A DNA stretch of 64,000 bases from the NCBI RefSeq assembly GCF_030028105.1, contig NC_092373.1, positions 178,661,556-178,725,555 of the forward strand. Direction: 5' to 3'. Below the pieces are notes generated by a model. The model was given only the letters and a program-made list of their open reading frames with translations, made no database searches and was not told the DNA's origin. Below, in pieces: positions 62,110 through 64,000 of the stretch (the first letter of the stretch is position 1; every line of letters begins with the position of its first letter). The position numbers were made by a program, and so were the translations under genes. The DNA is from Mobula birostris (Eukaryota).

Positions 62110-63850
62110 AGTCATAAAGTCATAGAGAAATACAGCAAGGATACAGGCCCTTCAACGCAATGAGACCATGACGATCACAGACCCCACCCAACTAGTCCCA
62201 GTGGCCTACATTTGGCCCAGATCCCTCCATACCCCTTTCCCTACCTATCCTACTTCTTTTTAAAAGATGCTGTTGTACCTGCCTCAACCACCTCGTCTGG
62301 CAGTTTGTTCCATATACTCAACACCCCCTGTGTGAAAAAAGTTACCCCTCAGGTGCCTTTGAAATCTCTCCCCTCTCATCCTAAATCAATGGACCCCTAG
62401 TTTTGGTCTCCTACGCCAGGGAAAAGACTGTTGCATCCACCTTATCTACGCCTCTCATAACTTTAAACATTTCTATAAAGTCACCCCTCATTCTCTTCAA
62501 ATATATCCAAAAAAGAATTAATACCTTTATTTTTCTAAAGTAAAAAAATTGGATCACACTTTTATTTGGAATAATAAAAGACCAAGGATTAGTAAATGTC
62601 ACTTACAAAAGTTGAAAAAGGATAGAGGTCTTGCTTTGCCTAATTTAGTAATGTATTATTGGGCTGTTAATGTCCAATACATGTCCTTTTGGTTATACTG
62701 GGTTGATAAAAACGATCAGCCAGTTTGGGTAGACCTGGAACTGAAAGCTGTGAAACAGTTTTATTTAACCTCGTTATTGGGAGTTGCTTTACCTATACAA
62801 TTAGCTAAAGTTGCTAATTTAAACCTATACCCTGTGATTAAGCACTCTTTACAAATTTGGCTCCAGTTCCGCAATTTTTTTAATCTTAAAAAAATTAAAC
62901 TTTGTAGTTTAATTTATTGAAATTATTTTTTAAACCTTCTTTGAGTGATCCAATTTTTTTGTCGCCCCTCATTCTCCCACACTTCAAGGAATAAAGACCT
63001 AGCCTGCCCAACCTCCCCCGTAACTCAGGCTCTCCAGTGCTGGCAACATCGTCATAAATCTTCTCTGCACTATTTTCAGGTTAACCACATCTTTTCTGTA
63101 ACAGTGACCTAAAGTGTGCAGAGTACTGCAAGCGTAGCCTTACTAAGAACTTAATCAACTGCAATATAACGACCTAGTTTCAATACTTGTTATTCTGACA
63201 TATGAAGACCAGCATGTTAAATTGCAATTTCACCACCGTATCTAACTGTGACGCCACTTTCAATGAACTATCCATTTGTATTCCTAAGTTCCTCTGTTCC
63301 AATGCACTCCCTTGTGCCTTATTATTTGTAACGTAAGTCCTACTCTGGTTTGACTTTCCAAAATTCATCACCTCACACTTACCTGCATTGAAATCTATTT
63401 GCCACTGCTCAGGTTCATTAATTTATCACATACAGTGAAGCGTTAAAAAAAAATTCACCACTGTGTCGAACTGTAAAGCTACTGAGAATGAACTATGTAC
63501 TCCTAGGTCCCTCTGTTCCAATAAACTCCCTAGTGCCTTATCATTCCTAGTAGAAGTCCCACACTGGTTTTACTCTGCAAAATGCATTATCTACATTTGC
63601 CTGTATTGAAATCTATTTGCCACTGCTCAGATTCATTTATTTATCACATGTACCTTGAAACATATAGAGGGACATGTCGTTTTATGATAACAACCAACAC
63701 AAGATGTGCTGGAGCAACCCACAAGTGTTCCCAACCAACCTCCTAACTCATCAAGATCCCCCTGTAATGTAAGATAATCTTCTTCTCTGTCTGCAATACC
63801 TCCTAATTTCAAGACATCTGCAAAGTGAATGATCAAGTCTTCTGCACGTG
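62110..63850 (-). mobile_element. Decayed CR1 LINE with internal insertions and a duplication
   Basis: RMRGDFIEMFKVMRGVDKVD, DSSLKVASQ and FADVLKLGG remnants on the minus strand. Confidence 0.7.
62496..62960 (+). mobile_element. Internal L1-clade ORF2 fragment inserted in the CR1 with a 16-bp duplication
   Basis: FIWNNKRPRI...GLALPNLVMYYWA is the post-RT L1 ORF2 signature. Flanks gtcacccctcattctc (62480-62495) and gtcgcccctcattctc (62961-62976). Confidence 0.85.
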
Positions 63851-64000
63851 CATCCAAAATCAAATTAATTAAAAACAGAAAACACTGGAGATACTCAATA
63901 AGGTAACCAGCATCTGTGGAAAGGCAAACAGAGTTTTAGGTTGGTAACCTATCCTGGTTCTGACAAAAAGTCGTTGGCCTGGAACATTATCTCCGATTTT

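Noticed and set aside
28320-64000. SLBP exons expected from mammalian synteny
   Set aside because: No SLBP-like coding sequence or third CpG island was seen; the gene probably lies beyond the window if synteny holds.
1-64000. CRISPR arrays, rRNA or prokaryotic systems
   Set aside because: The sequence is spliced vertebrate DNA; no regularly spaced repeat-spacer array or rRNA-like segment was seen.

Overview
Vertebrate genomic DNA, most likely a cartilaginous fish and probably a ray. The taxon is inferred from the repeat content: V-SINE/HE1-type SINEs, abundant CR1, Rex/Babar and Penelope-like elements. Three genes can be read. (1) The 5' half of TACC3 on the minus strand: a non-coding first exon in a CpG island near 8.8 kb, then coding exons at 6591-6755, 5897-6042, ~2395-2463 and ~929-2012. 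The gene continues off the left edge. (2) A complete 4-exon TMEM129 on the plus strand (17813-28319, 361 aa, ERAD RING E3 ligase) with its own CpG-island promoter about 9 kb from that of TACC3. (3) The 5' part of an Ig-superfamily receptor on the plus strand: a leader exon at 45353-45437 and a germline-joined V(J)-type exon at 60312-60638. Its motifs (RVxWxKD, YxCxxxVEIP, GxGT) most resemble CD28H/TMIGD2, and it lies where mammals have only TMEM129-SLBP intergenic DNA. The rest is mostly decayed transposons with clear nesting: CR1, Rex/Babar, L1, L2, Nimb/I-like, Hero-like, RTE-related, Penelope-like, Tc1/mariner, hAT MITEs and a solo LTR. Main points of interest are the CD28H-like receptor, dispersed Penelope termini carrying minimal hammerhead-ribozyme cores, a nested inverted duplication at 52.4-53.3 kb, and several templated or captured insertions. 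All family assignments come from motif recognition; no database search was run.
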